Made by a program: the position numbers and the translations under genes
Source of the DNA: Thermoplasmatales archaeon SW_10_69_26
Lineage (GTDB): Archaea > Thermoplasmatota > SW-10-69-26
Assembly (NCBI GenBank): GCA_003009755.1
Contig: PXUB01000001.1
Location: 85,854-149,853 of the forward strand
Reading direction: 5' to 3'
DNA: 64,000 nucleotides
Notes under the pieces: model-generated
Database searches by the model: none
What the model saw: only the letters and a program-made list of their open reading frames with translations
What the model was told of the DNA's origin: nothing
Shown: positions 1 through 9,620 of the stretch, piece by piece
Layout of the letters: every line of letters begins with the position of its first letter
Position numbering within the stretch: position 1 is the stretch's first letter

Positions 1-445
1 GCCGGAGGACGCCGTCGTCGTCAACGACCGCATCGCCGACAACATGCTCCAGCAGTTGCTCACCCGCACCGACCAGTACGACGTGCTGGCGATGCCCAAC
101 CTCAACGGCGATTACCTGTCCGACTCCGCCGGCGGCCAGATCGGCGGCCTCGGCATCGCGCCCGGCGCCAACCTCGGCGACGGCCGCGTGCTCGCCGAGC
201 CCGTCCACGGCTCCGCGCCCAAGTACGAGGGCCAGGACAAGGTCAACCCGAGCGCGTTGATGCTCTCCGGCGTCCTCATGCTCGAGCAGATCGGTTGGGA
301 CGACGCCGCCAAGCTGGTGCGCGACGCCGTCGAGGCCCAGATCAGCTCGGGCCGGGTCACCTACGACATCCACCGCAACATCGAGGGCGGCACCAAGCTC
401 GCCACGAGCGAGTTCGCCGACGAGGTCGCCAAGCGGATCTCGTAG
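1..445 (+). CDS. icd: Isocitrate/isopropylmalate dehydrogenase family, 3' part (likely NADP-isocitrate dehydrogenase)
   Basis: PNLNGDYLSD, EPVHGSAPKY and VTYD motifs; open at window start. Confidence 0.85.
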   Translation, partial: PEDAVVVNDRIADNMLQQLLTRTDQYDVLAMPNLNGDYLSDSAGGQIGGLGIAPGANLGDGRVLAEPVHGSAPKYEGQDKVNPSALMLSGVLMLEQIGWDDAAKLVRDAVEAQISSGRVTYDIHRNIEGGTKLATSEFADEVAKRIS

Positions 446-585
446 AGCACGCATCGACGGGCCTGGGGGATCGGCTATCCGCGGGCCGTCCAGGCTGGCC
501 CGAAAAGAGGCCCCCTGGGCCCCGCTCGTCGACCGCGTCTGCTGTCGGGGAAGGCGTTTAGGACCACCGTCGGCCTGCGAGGCTC

Positions 586-1221
586 ATGCCCACGTTCCAC
601 GGCGACGGGCCCCTCTCCGTCGTCGGCATCCCCGGCAGCCTGCGCGACCCCAGCTACACCCGCTTCACCGTTCGCTTGGCCCTCGCCGGCGCCGAGGAGG
701 CCGGCGCCCGGACCCACCTGGCCGACCTGCGCGAGTACGAGCTCCCCTACTGCGACGGCTCCCAAGAGCAGGGCGAGGTCGGTGACGTCGCCAAGTTGCG
801 TGAGGAGGTGCGCGAGGCCGAGGGCATCGTGCTCGGCACGCCCGAATACCATGGCGGCTACTCCGGCGTGCTGAAGAACGCGCTCGACCTGATGGGCTTC
901 GACGAGTTCGAGGGCAAGATGATCGGCCTCGTCGGCGTCAGCGGCGGCCGGATGGGCGGCTTCGGCGCCATGAACGCGCTGCGCGAGGTCGGCCGCGCCC
1001 TGCACGCCTGGGTCGTCCCCACGCAGACCTCGATCCCGAAGGCGTGGAGCGTCTACGACGACGAGACCGGCGAGATCGACGACGAGGAACTCGGCCAGCG
1101 CGTGCGCGAGGTCGGCGAGGAGGTCGTCCGCTACGCGAACCTCCACGAGGCCGAGGACAAGCTCGACTTCCTGCGCACGTGGGAGTGCGCCACCGAGAAC
1201 CCCGGCGCCGAGGCGCGCTGA
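586..1221 (+). CDS. NADPH-dependent FMN reductase
   Basis: GSLR and TPEYHGGYSGVLKNALD motifs. Confidence 0.9.
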   Translation: MPTFHGDGPLSVVGIPGSLRDPSYTRFTVRLALAGAEEAGARTHLADLREYELPYCDGSQEQGEVGDVAKLREEVREAEGIVLGTPEYHGGYSGVLKNALDLMGFDEFEGKMIGLVGVSGGRMGGFGAMNALREVGRALHAWVVPTQTSIPKAWSVYDDETGEIDDEELGQRVREVGEEVVRYANLHEAEDKLDFLRTWECATENPGAEAR

Positions 1222-1435
1222 GCGCTCGCCCGGCCGACGAGCGAGGTCCCCGGGCGGGCTCGCGCCGGACCGAAGGCGCTTTGGGCCCCCCACCCACGGT
1301 GAGGGTCGAGTGGACCTCCCCGACCTCGTCTCCGACCTCAGCAGCGACGAGGAGGCGGGCAGGGCTGCCGCCTGGAAGGAGGAACGATTCGACGAGATCG
1401 TCGCGGAGAACCTCGAGATCGCGGCAGCGGTCCCT

Positions 1436-1670
1436 GATCCGTCCCCCTCTCCCGCGGATCACGCACGGCTCGTGCCGCATCAGACCCAGCCGTCCTAATC
1501 CGGGAGAGGGGACAGCTGACGCTATTCCCCTGTCAGGATCTTGGATCAGTCCCCTCTCCCAGGGATCACGGACGACCGTGCTGCGGTGTCTGCGGTCGTC
1601 CTAATCCGGGAGAGGGGACAGCTGACGCTACTCCCCTGTCAGGATCTTGGATCAGTCCCCTCTCCCGGAT
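1436..1670. repeat. 106-bp-period tandem palindromic repeat derived from the tRNA-Tyr 3' end
   Basis: 1491-1560 and 1597-1666 differ at one base; degenerate third copy at ~1436-1463; each unit has AATCCGGGAGAGGGGAC...GTCCCCTCTCCC. Confidence 0.9.
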
Positions 1671-1770
1671 TCGAACCGGGGACATCCTGCTCTCTGCAGC
1701 GCCTGTCGGGTGCTCACCCGAGAGTGTTCTTCTACAGGCAGGCGCTCCGGCCAGTCTGAGCTAAGAGGGG
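1656..1770 (-). tRNA. tRNA-Tyr(GTA) with 40-nt intron at position 37/38 (1692-1731)
   Basis: Acceptor stem CCCCTCT/AGAGGGG, anticodon arm CCTGC-CTGTAG|A-GCAGG, T-loop GTTCGAATC. Confidence 0.95.
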
Positions 1771-1932
1771 AGCGCCAGGCGATTCCAGAACCTGTACTTC
1801 AGCGTTCCGGCCCCGGCCGGGAGCGGACGTCGCGAACACCTGCCCCGAGCCCGGCAACTACAAGGTAGGCGAGGTTTTCATCGCCGCCGCGGTCGGCGCA
1901 GCGTTCCGCGGACCGCGTGCGGAGGACGACGC

Positions 1933-2310
1933 TTGCCCGACGACACCGTCACCGAGCCCGAGGAGCCCATCGTCGACGAGGACAAGGTCCAGGACCTGCG
2001 TTCCCTGCTCGGCGACGGCCCCGAAGGTGTCGACGGTCTGATCGACACGTTCGTCGACCGCATCCCCGAGGTCATCGAGGACCTCGAACAGGCCGCCAGC
2101 AACGGCGACCTCGAGGAGGTCGGCAACCTCGCCCACAAGGTGAAGGGCGAATCCGCCACGCTGGGCGCCAAGCGGCTCTCGGAGCTGGCCAAGCGCATCG
2201 AGGGGCAGGCCCGCAACGACGAGCTGGCGGACCCCGAAGCGGCGGTCCAACTGCTGATCGACGCCTACGCGGAGACCGAGGACGCCTACGCGGCGCGGCG
2301 CAAGGATTAG
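1933..2310 (+). CDS. Stand-alone Hpt (histidine phosphotransfer) protein
   Basis: AHKVKGESATLGA matches the Hpt consensus. Confidence 0.9.
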   Translation: MPDDTVTEPEEPIVDEDKVQDLRSLLGDGPEGVDGLIDTFVDRIPEVIEDLEQAASNGDLEEVGNLAHKVKGESATLGAKRLSELAKRIEGQARNDELADPEAAVQLLIDAYAETEDAYAARRKD

Positions 2311-2709
2311 CTACTTGATCCGGCCCGAGCTGCCCTCCTCTCGCCGGAGCAAGCGGATCAGCTCCTCGACGTCCGAGGAGTGGATCGGCTTCTGCAGGAA
2401 GTCGAAAGCCCCCTTCATGATCATCTCGCGCACACGGGGATCGTCCTCCATCAGGCCCGTGATGACGACGACGCGCGTGTCGGGGTCCTCGTTGAACATG
2501 ACCTGAGCCGTCTGATCGCCGTCCACGTCGGGCAGCATGATATCCAGCAGGACGATGTCGGGTTTCTCCGCTCGGAAGACCTCGAGCGCCTCCTCCGAGC
2601 TCTCCGCCGTCAGGATCCGCTCATCCCGGTCCGTGAACCGCCGAAGCATCTTCTCCAACGTCTGGCGGATGACGGACGAGTTGTCGACGATCAGGTACGT
2701 GCGGCTCAT
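2311..2709 (-). CDS. Single-domain response regulator (CheY-like receiver)
   Basis: LIVD, PDIVLLDIMLPDVDG, VITG and FLQKP motifs. Confidence 0.92.
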   Translation of the reverse strand: MSRTYLIVDNSSVIRQTLEKMLRRFTDRDERILTAESSEEALEVFRAEKPDIVLLDIMLPDVDGDQTAQVMFNEDPDTRVVVITGLMEDDPRVREMIMKGAFDFLQKPIHSSDVEELIRLLRREEGSSGRIK

Positions 2710-2799
2710 CGTTGGCGCTCGCGAGCGGTCCCCCCAGACCCATCTCGGTCCTCAACGTATAAGTTCCTGGCGTTTCCCCCTGCCGCGAAGGTCAGCCTC

Positions 2800-4257
2800 T
2801 CAGAACAGCGTCTCCTGCTTGCGGTGCTCCTCGCCGGGGATATCGACCGGATACCGACCGGTGAGGCATCCGGTGCAAAGGCTGCCCTCGGGCTTCCCGA
2901 TCGCTCGCTTGAGACCCGGGATCGAGACGTAGGCGAGGGAGTCGGCACCGATCGTGTCGCGGATCTCCTCGACGGACTTGTCGGCCGCGATGAGCTCCTC
3001 GCGCGTCTTCATGTCGATGCCGAGGTAACAGGGCGCCTGGATCGGCGGGCACCCGATACGGACGTGGACCTCCTCGGCGCCGGCCTCGCGCAGCATGTCG
3101 GTGAGCTGGCCCATCGTCGTGCCGCGCACGATCGAGTCGTCGACGAGCACGACCCGGTTGCCCTCGACGACGCTCTGGACCGGGTTGAGCTTGATGTTGA
3201 CGCCGCTGGCGCGCTCCTCCTGGCTGGGCATGATGAACGTGCGGTGCACGTAGCGGTTCTTCATCAGGCCCTCCGCCATCGGGAGATCGAGCTGCCGGGC
3301 GAACCCGAGCGCGTGCGATCGACCGCTGTCCGGCACGGGCACGACGATGTCGGCGTCCACCGGGCTCTCGTTGGCCAGCTGCTCGCCGATGCCGACGCGC
3401 ACGTCGTAGACCTCGCGGTCGTCGATGCGGCTGTCGGCGCGCGAGAAGTACACGTACTCGAACTGGCAGTGCGCCAGGTCGGCGCTTTGCGCGTTCGTCA
3501 TGTGGCCCTCGTAGCCGCCGGGCGTGATCTCGACGATCTCCCCCGGCTTCACGTCGCGGATCGGCTCGCCGCCCAGGGCCTCGATGGCGACGGTCTCGCT
3601 GGCGACGGCGTAGCCGCCGACCTCGCTCTCGGAGCCGTTCTGACCGCCGTAGGCGGCCGGCAGCTTGCCAAGCGCCAACGGCTTGATGCCGCGCGGGTCA
3701 CGGACCGCGAGGATCCGTTCGCCGACGACGAGCACGAGGCTGTAGGCGCCCACGATCTGCCGCATGACGCGACGCATCGCGCGCACCGGGGACTTCGCGT
3801 CGGAGAGCTCGTTGGCGAACAGGCGGACGATGACCTCGCTGTCGTTGTCCGTGATGAACGCCCAGCCGCTCTCCTGGAGATCCTCGCGGATCCCGTCGGC
3901 GTTCACGATCTCGCCGTTGTGGCCGAGCGCGATCGAGCCCTCGGCGCTGGAGACGCACACCGGGTGCGCGTTCTCGAGCCGCGAGGTGCCGGCCGTCGAG
4001 TAGCGGGTGTGGCCGAGCCCGACGCGGCCCGTCAGCTGCTCGAGCTCCTTGGCCTGGAAGATGTTCTCGACGAGGCCCATGCCTTTGATCGTCTGCAGAC
4101 CGTCGTCGAAGGTCGCGATCCCGGCCGACTCCTGTCCACGGTGCTGGATCGCGCGCATCGCCTGGTAGAGGGCGGGCGCAACGTCCCGCTCCGCGGCGAT
4201 GCCAGCGACCCCGCACTTGTCCTGCGCGAGCCCGGAGCGGTCCGGGAGACCATCCAT
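2800..4257 (-). CDS. purF: Amidophosphoribosyltransferase
   Basis: CGVAG, QHRGQESAG, GHTRYST and VDDSIVRGTT motifs. Confidence 0.97.
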   Translation of the reverse strand: MDGLPDRSGLAQDKCGVAGIAAERDVAPALYQAMRAIQHRGQESAGIATFDDGLQTIKGMGLVENIFQAKELEQLTGRVGLGHTRYSTAGTSRLENAHPVCVSSAEGSIALGHNGEIVNADGIREDLQESGWAFITDNDSEVIVRLFANELSDAKSPVRAMRRVMRQIVGAYSLVLVVGERILAVRDPRGIKPLALGKLPAAYGGQNGSESEVGGYAVASETVAIEALGGEPIRDVKPGEIVEITPGGYEGHMTNAQSADLAHCQFEYVYFSRADSRIDDREVYDVRVGIGEQLANESPVDADIVVPVPDSGRSHALGFARQLDLPMAEGLMKNRYVHRTFIMPSQEERASGVNIKLNPVQSVVEGNRVVLVDDSIVRGTTMGQLTDMLREAGAEEVHVRIGCPPIQAPCYLGIDMKTREELIAADKSVEEIRDTIGADSLAYVSIPGLKRAIGKPEGSLCTGCLTGRYPVDIPGEEHRKQETLF

Positions 4258-4378
4258 GACGGGCGAGTCATGGGTCGCTGCGGTACTTCAACGTTTGCTT
4301 CCGCACCGTCGAGCACCGGACAGGGGATCTCCAGCCGGCGCCCTGGGACCGGTCGGCGAACCCCCTCGCGATCGAGCC

Positions 4379-4768
4379 TCACACGGTGGATTGGTCGAGG
4401 ACCCGGCGGGCCTCGGCGTTGTCGTCGGTGATCAACACGAAGTTGCCTTGCTTCCCGTACGTCGTGCCGAAGCAGCTCTCGATGTTGATGCCCGCCTTCG
4501 CCAAGCGTCGACAGACGTCGGCGAAAGCGTGTCGGTCGTTCGACAGCGTCATCACGTGCACGTCCTCGCGCGTGCCCGCGAAGCCGGCCTCCTCGAGCAC
4601 CTCGAGGCATCGGTCGCCGTCGCTGACGAGGAACTGCGCCTCGCCCTCGCGGCCTTTGGGGACCACGTTGACGCCCTCCACCTGCACCCCGCGCTCGGCC
4701 AAGATGCCCGTCAGCTTGGCCATCGCCCCCGGCTCGTCGGGGATCACGGATCGGATCACGTCCGCCAT
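4379..4768 (-). CDS. Tandem ACT-domain protein
   Basis: PDEPGAMAKL and LAKAGINIES ACT-like repeats. Confidence 0.75.
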   Translation of the reverse strand: MADVIRSVIPDEPGAMAKLTGILAERGVQVEGVNVVPKGREGEAQFLVSDGDRCLEVLEEAGFAGTREDVHVMTLSNDRHAFADVCRRLAKAGINIESCFGTTYGKQGNFVLITDDNAEARRVLDQSTV

Positions 4769-4844
4769 CGGGTTGCTCAGATGTTCGGCCGACCGCATAA
4801 GGACTAGGGAAGGGCCGGGGATCGCTGCCGCCTGACCGACCCCC

Positions 4845-5146
4845 CGGTCGGCCGTCCGATCGAAGACGTCGTCGTGCTACATCGACTCCAACGCTCGGTC
4901 GAGGTCCGTCGTGAGATCGACTGGAACCCCCACCCCGAGCATCGGCTCCCCACGGTGGGCCCCGCAGCAACGATGCTCGGGATCCGGCCGAAGCAGAGCT
5001 TAGGCCTCCCGCTGGCGTCGGCCCTGCGGGCAGCGACGCCAGCGACACGGACGGCCTCGACGGTGGGCACGGTCGGCCGTCCTATCGAAGACGTCGTCGT
5101 GCTACATCGACTCCAACGCTTGGTCGAGGTCCGTCTCGAGATCGAC
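4845..5146. repeat. 77-bp direct repeat of the metB-like gene 3' end flanking a 148-bp palindromic insert
   Basis: 4845-4921 vs 5070-5146, 4 mismatches. Confidence 0.9.
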
Positions 5147-6277
5147 GACGTCTTCGATCCCGACGCTCAACCGGATCAAGCCGTCGGCGATGCCGGCCTC
5201 GCGGCGTTCCTCGTCGGAGAGCGGCGCGTGCGTCATGCTGGCCGGGTGCTGGATGAGGGTCTCGACGCCGCCCAGGGACACGCCCAGGGTGGCGACCTCG
5301 GTCGATTCGAGGGCGCGGCGGCCGGCCTCGACGCCGCCGTCGACCTCGAAGGACACGATCGCGCCGAAGCCGTCCATCTGGCGGGCGGCCACGTCGTGGC
5401 CGGGGTGGGTCTCGAGGCTGGGGTGGTAGACCTCGGTGACGAGCGGATGGTCGTCGAGGAAGGCGGCCAGCTGGCGTGCGGTCTCGTTCTGGCGTTGCAC
5501 GCGCAGCTCGAGGGTCTTCATGCCGCGGTGGGCGAGGAAGGCGTCGTTGGGCGCCAGCGATGGGCCCAGCATCTTGTACGTCGTCCACATCGACTCGATC
5601 GTGTCCCGATCGGCGACGATGGCGCCGGCGGTCACGTCGCTGTGGCCGGCGAGGAACTTCGTGCCGGAGTGGAGGACGACGTCGGCGCCCAGCTCGAGCG
5701 GGCGCTGGTTGACGGGGCTGGCGAACGTGTTGTCGACGAACACCGGCACGTCCCTCTCGTGCGCGATGTCGCTGATCGCCTCGACGTCGGCGACCTGCAG
5801 CAAGGGGTTGGAGGGGGTCTCGAGGTAGACGAGGGAGGTGTCCTCGGTGATCTCGTCGGCGAACCGGTCGACGTCGGTGCCGGGCAGGAACGTCGTCTCG
5901 ACCCCGTAGTCCGGCAGCAGGCGGGCCATCATCTCTTGCGTGGCGCTGTAGAGGCTGTTCTGCGCCACGATGCGCTCGCCCTCGCGCGCCTGGTCGATCA
6001 AGGCGGTCGCGATGGCGCCCATGCCGGAGCTGGCGGCCAGCGCGGCTTCGCCGCTCTCGACGTCGGCCAGGGCCTCCTCGAAGCGGGCCACGGTCGGGTT
6101 ACCCCATCGCGCGTAGAACTCCTCGGGGCGCTTGGCTTGGGCGAACGCGGCGCCCTGTTCGGCGCTCTCGAGGCTCCAGGTGGCCGATTGCTCGATCGAG
6201 AGGCCAAGCCCGTCGTGATCTTCCTCGGAGGCGGTGGCTTCGAGGAACGCGGTGGCGCGTTGCCGGTCCCCGCTCAC
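5102..6277 (-). CDS. Cys/Met metabolism PLP enzyme (cystathionine gamma-synthase/lyase family)
   Basis: YARWGNPT, ETPSNP, VDNTFASP, HSGTKFLAGHSD and SLGGVETL motifs. Confidence 0.93.
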   Translation of the reverse strand: MSGDRQRATAFLEATASEEDHDGLGLSIEQSATWSLESAEQGAAFAQAKRPEEFYARWGNPTVARFEEALADVESGEAALAASSGMGAIATALIDQAREGERIVAQNSLYSATQEMMARLLPDYGVETTFLPGTDVDRFADEITEDTSLVYLETPSNPLLQVADVEAISDIAHERDVPVFVDNTFASPVNQRPLELGADVVLHSGTKFLAGHSDVTAGAIVADRDTIESMWTTYKMLGPSLAPNDAFLAHRGMKTLELRVQRQNETARQLAAFLDDHPLVTEVYHPSLETHPGHDVAARQMDGFGAIVSFEVDGGVEAGRRALESTEVATLGVSLGGVETLIQHPASMTHAPLSDEERREAGIADGLIRLSVGIEDVVDLETDLDQALESM

Positions 6278-7041
6278 GGGCGATCCCTCCGGGGGCCGGT
6301 CTCGTGGCGGTCGAGCACGGCGTCCACCTGCTCGTGCAGGATCTCCGGGTCGGGCACGTCGACGTCGTCGAAGCCGGCCGAGCGCTCGGGTTGGCCATCC
6401 AGGTCCGGATGGCCGGGCACGAGGTCCCCGCCGGTCGGCGGCGCCGGGCCGGGCGCCCTCACGGTGGGGCGCACGCGGTGGCGAGGGTCGTCGTCGGTCT
6501 CCGTCGAGGGCGCAGGGCGAGCGGGCACGCGGCGACCCGCGTCGGTCCCTCGCGGCGGGCGGTCCCTGGTCTCGGCGGGTCGGCCGGTCTCGGCGGACAC
6601 GGGCGCCGGCTGCGGCGCGGGCTCGGCCGGCTCGTCCGCGTCGATCGCCGGCTCGAGCTCGTCGGTCGCCACCTCGTCGGCCCCCTCGGTCTCGTCGAGG
6701 CTCTCCGGTTGGGGGTTCTCGGTCTCGTCGGCATCGTCGTCGCCGAGCCCGATGCGGCGCCGGAGCCGAGCCAGCAAGCCATCGTCGGCCTCGTCGACCT
6801 CCTCGGCGTTCTCGGCCGTGGCGGGGCTCTCGTCGGCGTCGGGGGCTTGCCCGGGGTCGAAGCGGTCGACGAGCTCGTCCACCACGCTTCCGCCGGACGA
6901 GCCGGTCGCCGATCCCGAGCGGCCCCGGGTGGGGACCATCGGGGTCGGCGGCGGAGCCGTCCGTGGGCCGGCGTCTGGTGTGCTCGTCGGCTGAGCCTGG
7001 CTGTCGTCGACCGTCGGCCGCGAGGCCGCATCCTCGACCAT
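6274..7041 (-). CDS. Hypothetical acidic, low-complexity protein
   Basis: Acidic ORF whose stop overlaps the next start codon. Confidence 0.55.
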   Translation of the reverse strand: MVEDAASRPTVDDSQAQPTSTPDAGPRTAPPPTPMVPTRGRSGSATGSSGGSVVDELVDRFDPGQAPDADESPATAENAEEVDEADDGLLARLRRRIGLGDDDADETENPQPESLDETEGADEVATDELEPAIDADEPAEPAPQPAPVSAETGRPAETRDRPPRGTDAGRRVPARPAPSTETDDDPRHRVRPTVRAPGPAPPTGGDLVPGHPDLDGQPERSAGFDDVDVPDPEILHEQVDAVLDRHETGPRRDRP

Positions 7042-7090
7042 CGGCCGGCCAACCGCGTCCCGCCAGGTAAAGGCTTCCGGGCGCGGCAGG

Positions 7091-7903
7091 TCAGCCGTCG
7101 GTCAACAGCTTGCGGGCCTCGCGCCAGTCGCCCTTGCGCGGCTCGGTGCGGTCCTGGTCGGCGTAGAAGGCCTCGACGAGGACGCGATCGACGTCGGCCT
7201 CGCGCGTGGCTTCCAGGATCGCGTCGAGGTCGGCCTCGCCGGCGCCCGGCATCAGGTGATCGCGGATGCCGGCCTCGGTCTCGACGAGGTCCATGACGTG
7301 GGTGAGCTGCCAGGGATCGCCCAGCGCGTGGCCCCAGGTGTCCAGGTCCCAGCGGTTGCCGTCGCGGTGGGCCTGGATGGCCGCGTGGCCGGGGTCCAGG
7401 CAGAAGCCGACCTCGGTGAGCGGGTCGAGGAACGCGGCGACCTCTTGGGGGGTGCCCATCGGGGAGCCGGTGTTCTCGACGATGACGTCGACCTCGTCGC
7501 CGGCGCTGCGCGCCAGCGCTTGCAAGCTGGCGTGGGCGGTCTGCAGGCCCTCCTCGAGCACCTCGCGGCGCGGGTAGCCGCGGAAGTCGGGGGCCTCGAC
7601 GTGGAACACGATGTAGCTGGCCTCGGCGGTGCGGGCGATCGCCAGGCAATCCTGGGCGATCTCGCGAGCGGCCCGCGCCAGCGGCTCGCGGGGATGAGCC
7701 AAGGCCTGGGTCCGCCAGGGGGCGTGGATGCCCAGCCCGACACCCAGCTCGTCGCAGGTGTCGGCCAGGTCCGTCGGGTCGAGCCCGTCCGGCCAGGGTG
7801 CATCGAGGGAGAGTTCGACGAAGTCGTAGCCCGTCTCGGCCGCCAGCTCGAGCCCCTGGCGGGGCTGGCCGGCACCGATCCACCACGGCAAACCGAGCTG
7901 CAC
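7091..7903 (-). CDS. Sugar-phosphate isomerase/epimerase (AP endonuclease 2 TIM barrel)
   Basis: GIHAP, VEN, CLDPGH and DHLMPGAG motifs. Confidence 0.88.
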   Translation of the reverse strand: MQLGLPWWIGAGQPRQGLELAAETGYDFVELSLDAPWPDGLDPTDLADTCDELGVGLGIHAPWRTQALAHPREPLARAAREIAQDCLAIARTAEASYIVFHVEAPDFRGYPRREVLEEGLQTAHASLQALARSAGDEVDVIVENTGSPMGTPQEVAAFLDPLTEVGFCLDPGHAAIQAHRDGNRWDLDTWGHALGDPWQLTHVMDLVETEAGIRDHLMPGAGEADLDAILEATREADVDRVLVEAFYADQDRTEPRKGDWREARKLLTDG

Positions 7904-8049
7904 ACCTCACGAACGCGGACGTGCGTGAAAAGCCAACGGGTGGGGAGGGGGGCCATAGGGAAGCTCAGCGCTTCGCCCGTCAATCATCCACAACGCGGAT
8001 GTGAATCTTCTCGAAGGGACGCTTTTACCTCTGTATGTTCTAGATTCGA

Positions 8050-8244
8050 ATGGGAAAACGAACGGTGGATCGGAGAGTTACTTTCGGGACCCTACTGGGT
8101 TTGGCGCTGATCGTGGCCGCTCTTCCCGCCGGCCTGGCAGACGCACTGACGTGCTCGACCAGCATGCCAGGATGCGAAATGGATCTCCTTCCATCCACAG
8201 GCACCGTAGAATCGGAGGTTCGCGTAGACCGGTATCGGGATTGA
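8050..8244 (+). CDS. Small putative secreted peptide, possibly a gene remnant
   Basis: Signal-peptide-like N-terminus after a TATA-like CTTTTA; two Cys. Confidence 0.4.
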   Translation: MGKRTVDRRVTFGTLLGLALIVAALPAGLADALTCSTSMPGCEMDLLPSTGTVESEVRVDRYRD

Positions 8245-8327
8245 CCGGCGAAACAGACTGACGTAAGAGGGGGCGGGCCCCCCACTTAGACCCTCCAAAG
8301 ATAGCCCACATCACTGGAAGACGGATC

Positions 8328-9590
8328 ATGTCATCGCCGCGAACTGTCGTGTTCCTGGCCGTATTCAGCCTCACCCTGGGTTCGATCATCCCCACCGCGA
8401 TCGCGGTGAACCCGACGGACGACGATGCCGGATCTGGAGGCGATGCAGGCGATCGACCTGAGGCCGCGACCCGCATCCAGCCTGGCGTCTACGAGGGGGA
8501 GACGAGCCCACCGATGGACGAGTACGATTGGTACGAGTTCCACGCCGAACGAGGGGAGGGGCTGACGATCCAAGCCTCGAACTTGGCGAGCAGTCAACGA
8601 TTGTCTCTCTACGATCCCAGCGGAACTGAGAGGGTTGAGCTCTCCAGGTTCGACAGCACCCGGACGATCACCGTCCACGAGGCGGGCGTCTGGCAGGTCG
8701 AGATCCGTCAGAGCCGGTACAGCCTCAGCCCTCCGAGCGAGTACGCGTTCTCGGTCCGCTTGGAACCGCAGGAGGCCTTCGCGGTCGGGGAGGAGCTTCC
8801 CGGCGGTAGCGTCGTGGAAGCCTCGGTGGATCGACCGGCCTCGATGAACCTGCAGGCGTTCGCGTGCGCTCGGCAAGGCCCAGGCGTCGGCCCCGAGAGC
8901 GCCGGCTACCAGTTCTCCGTGAACGCCACTGTCGACGGACAAACAGGCACCCTCATGCTCATCGGGTTCATCGGTTCGTCTGGCACAGACGAGGCGGTGT
9001 TCGTGGACGGTCCCCTCGCAGGGAGCATAGAGCTCCCTCTCGAGGTTGATCTGGACCGCTTCGGCCACTGCATCGGGGTCATATTCAGCGGGGATGTGGA
9101 TCGCGCTCTCGTGCGGGGAGGGGTCTTCGCTCTCCACGCCGACACCGACTCGATCCTCTCCTTCGGCACCAACCGGACCGCCGAAACCCGGTCGTTCGCG
9201 ACCGACGAGGTCGTCCGCTGGGACGGAGCCTCCAACAGCACCCGGGTCCGCGGCCCTGGCGTGAACGTAGCCGACGACCGTTCCACCGAGCGAGCTCTCC
9301 CGGAGGGCTTCTTCGGTCGCTTCTCCACCTACGGCTCGGGGGGTTGGGTCGAGACACCCGACGGTTCACGGATCCAGATCGATGAAGGGGAAGGCGGGAT
9401 CGCGTTGGCTTCGCAGCCGTCGGGGGAATGGCGGTTCCACGTCGATCGGTCCGTCTCGGTCGTTGCTGCCGACCGCTCCTACCTGATCGGTGCCCGATTG
9501 CCAGCACTGGGTCTTGCCGAGCCTGTCACCGTCCTCACCGAGCCAGACCCCTGCCCCAGCGCCGAATGCCGGTTGACGATAGGGATCTGA
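8328..9590 (+). CDS. Secreted protein with N-terminal PPC (pre-peptidase C-terminal)-like domain
   Basis: Signal peptide; DDAGSGGDAGD and DEYDWYEF...LYDPSG motifs. Confidence 0.7.
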   Translation: MSSPRTVVFLAVFSLTLGSIIPTAIAVNPTDDDAGSGGDAGDRPEAATRIQPGVYEGETSPPMDEYDWYEFHAERGEGLTIQASNLASSQRLSLYDPSGTERVELSRFDSTRTITVHEAGVWQVEIRQSRYSLSPPSEYAFSVRLEPQEAFAVGEELPGGSVVEASVDRPASMNLQAFACARQGPGVGPESAGYQFSVNATVDGQTGTLMLIGFIGSSGTDEAVFVDGPLAGSIELPLEVDLDRFGHCIGVIFSGDVDRALVRGGVFALHADTDSILSFGTNRTAETRSFATDEVVRWDGASNSTRVRGPGVNVADDRSTERALPEGFFGRFSTYGSGGWVETPDGSRIQIDEGEGGIALASQPSGEWRFHVDRSVSVVAADRSYLIGARLPALGLAEPVTVLTEPDPCPSAECRLTIGI

Positions 9591-9620
9591 GTCGGGCTCG
9601 TTCGCCGGGCAGTCGGCCCG

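Noticed and set aside
1310-1498. Small CDS next to the tRNA-Tyr repeats
   Set aside because: Protein-like but runs into the repeat array; cannot be assigned
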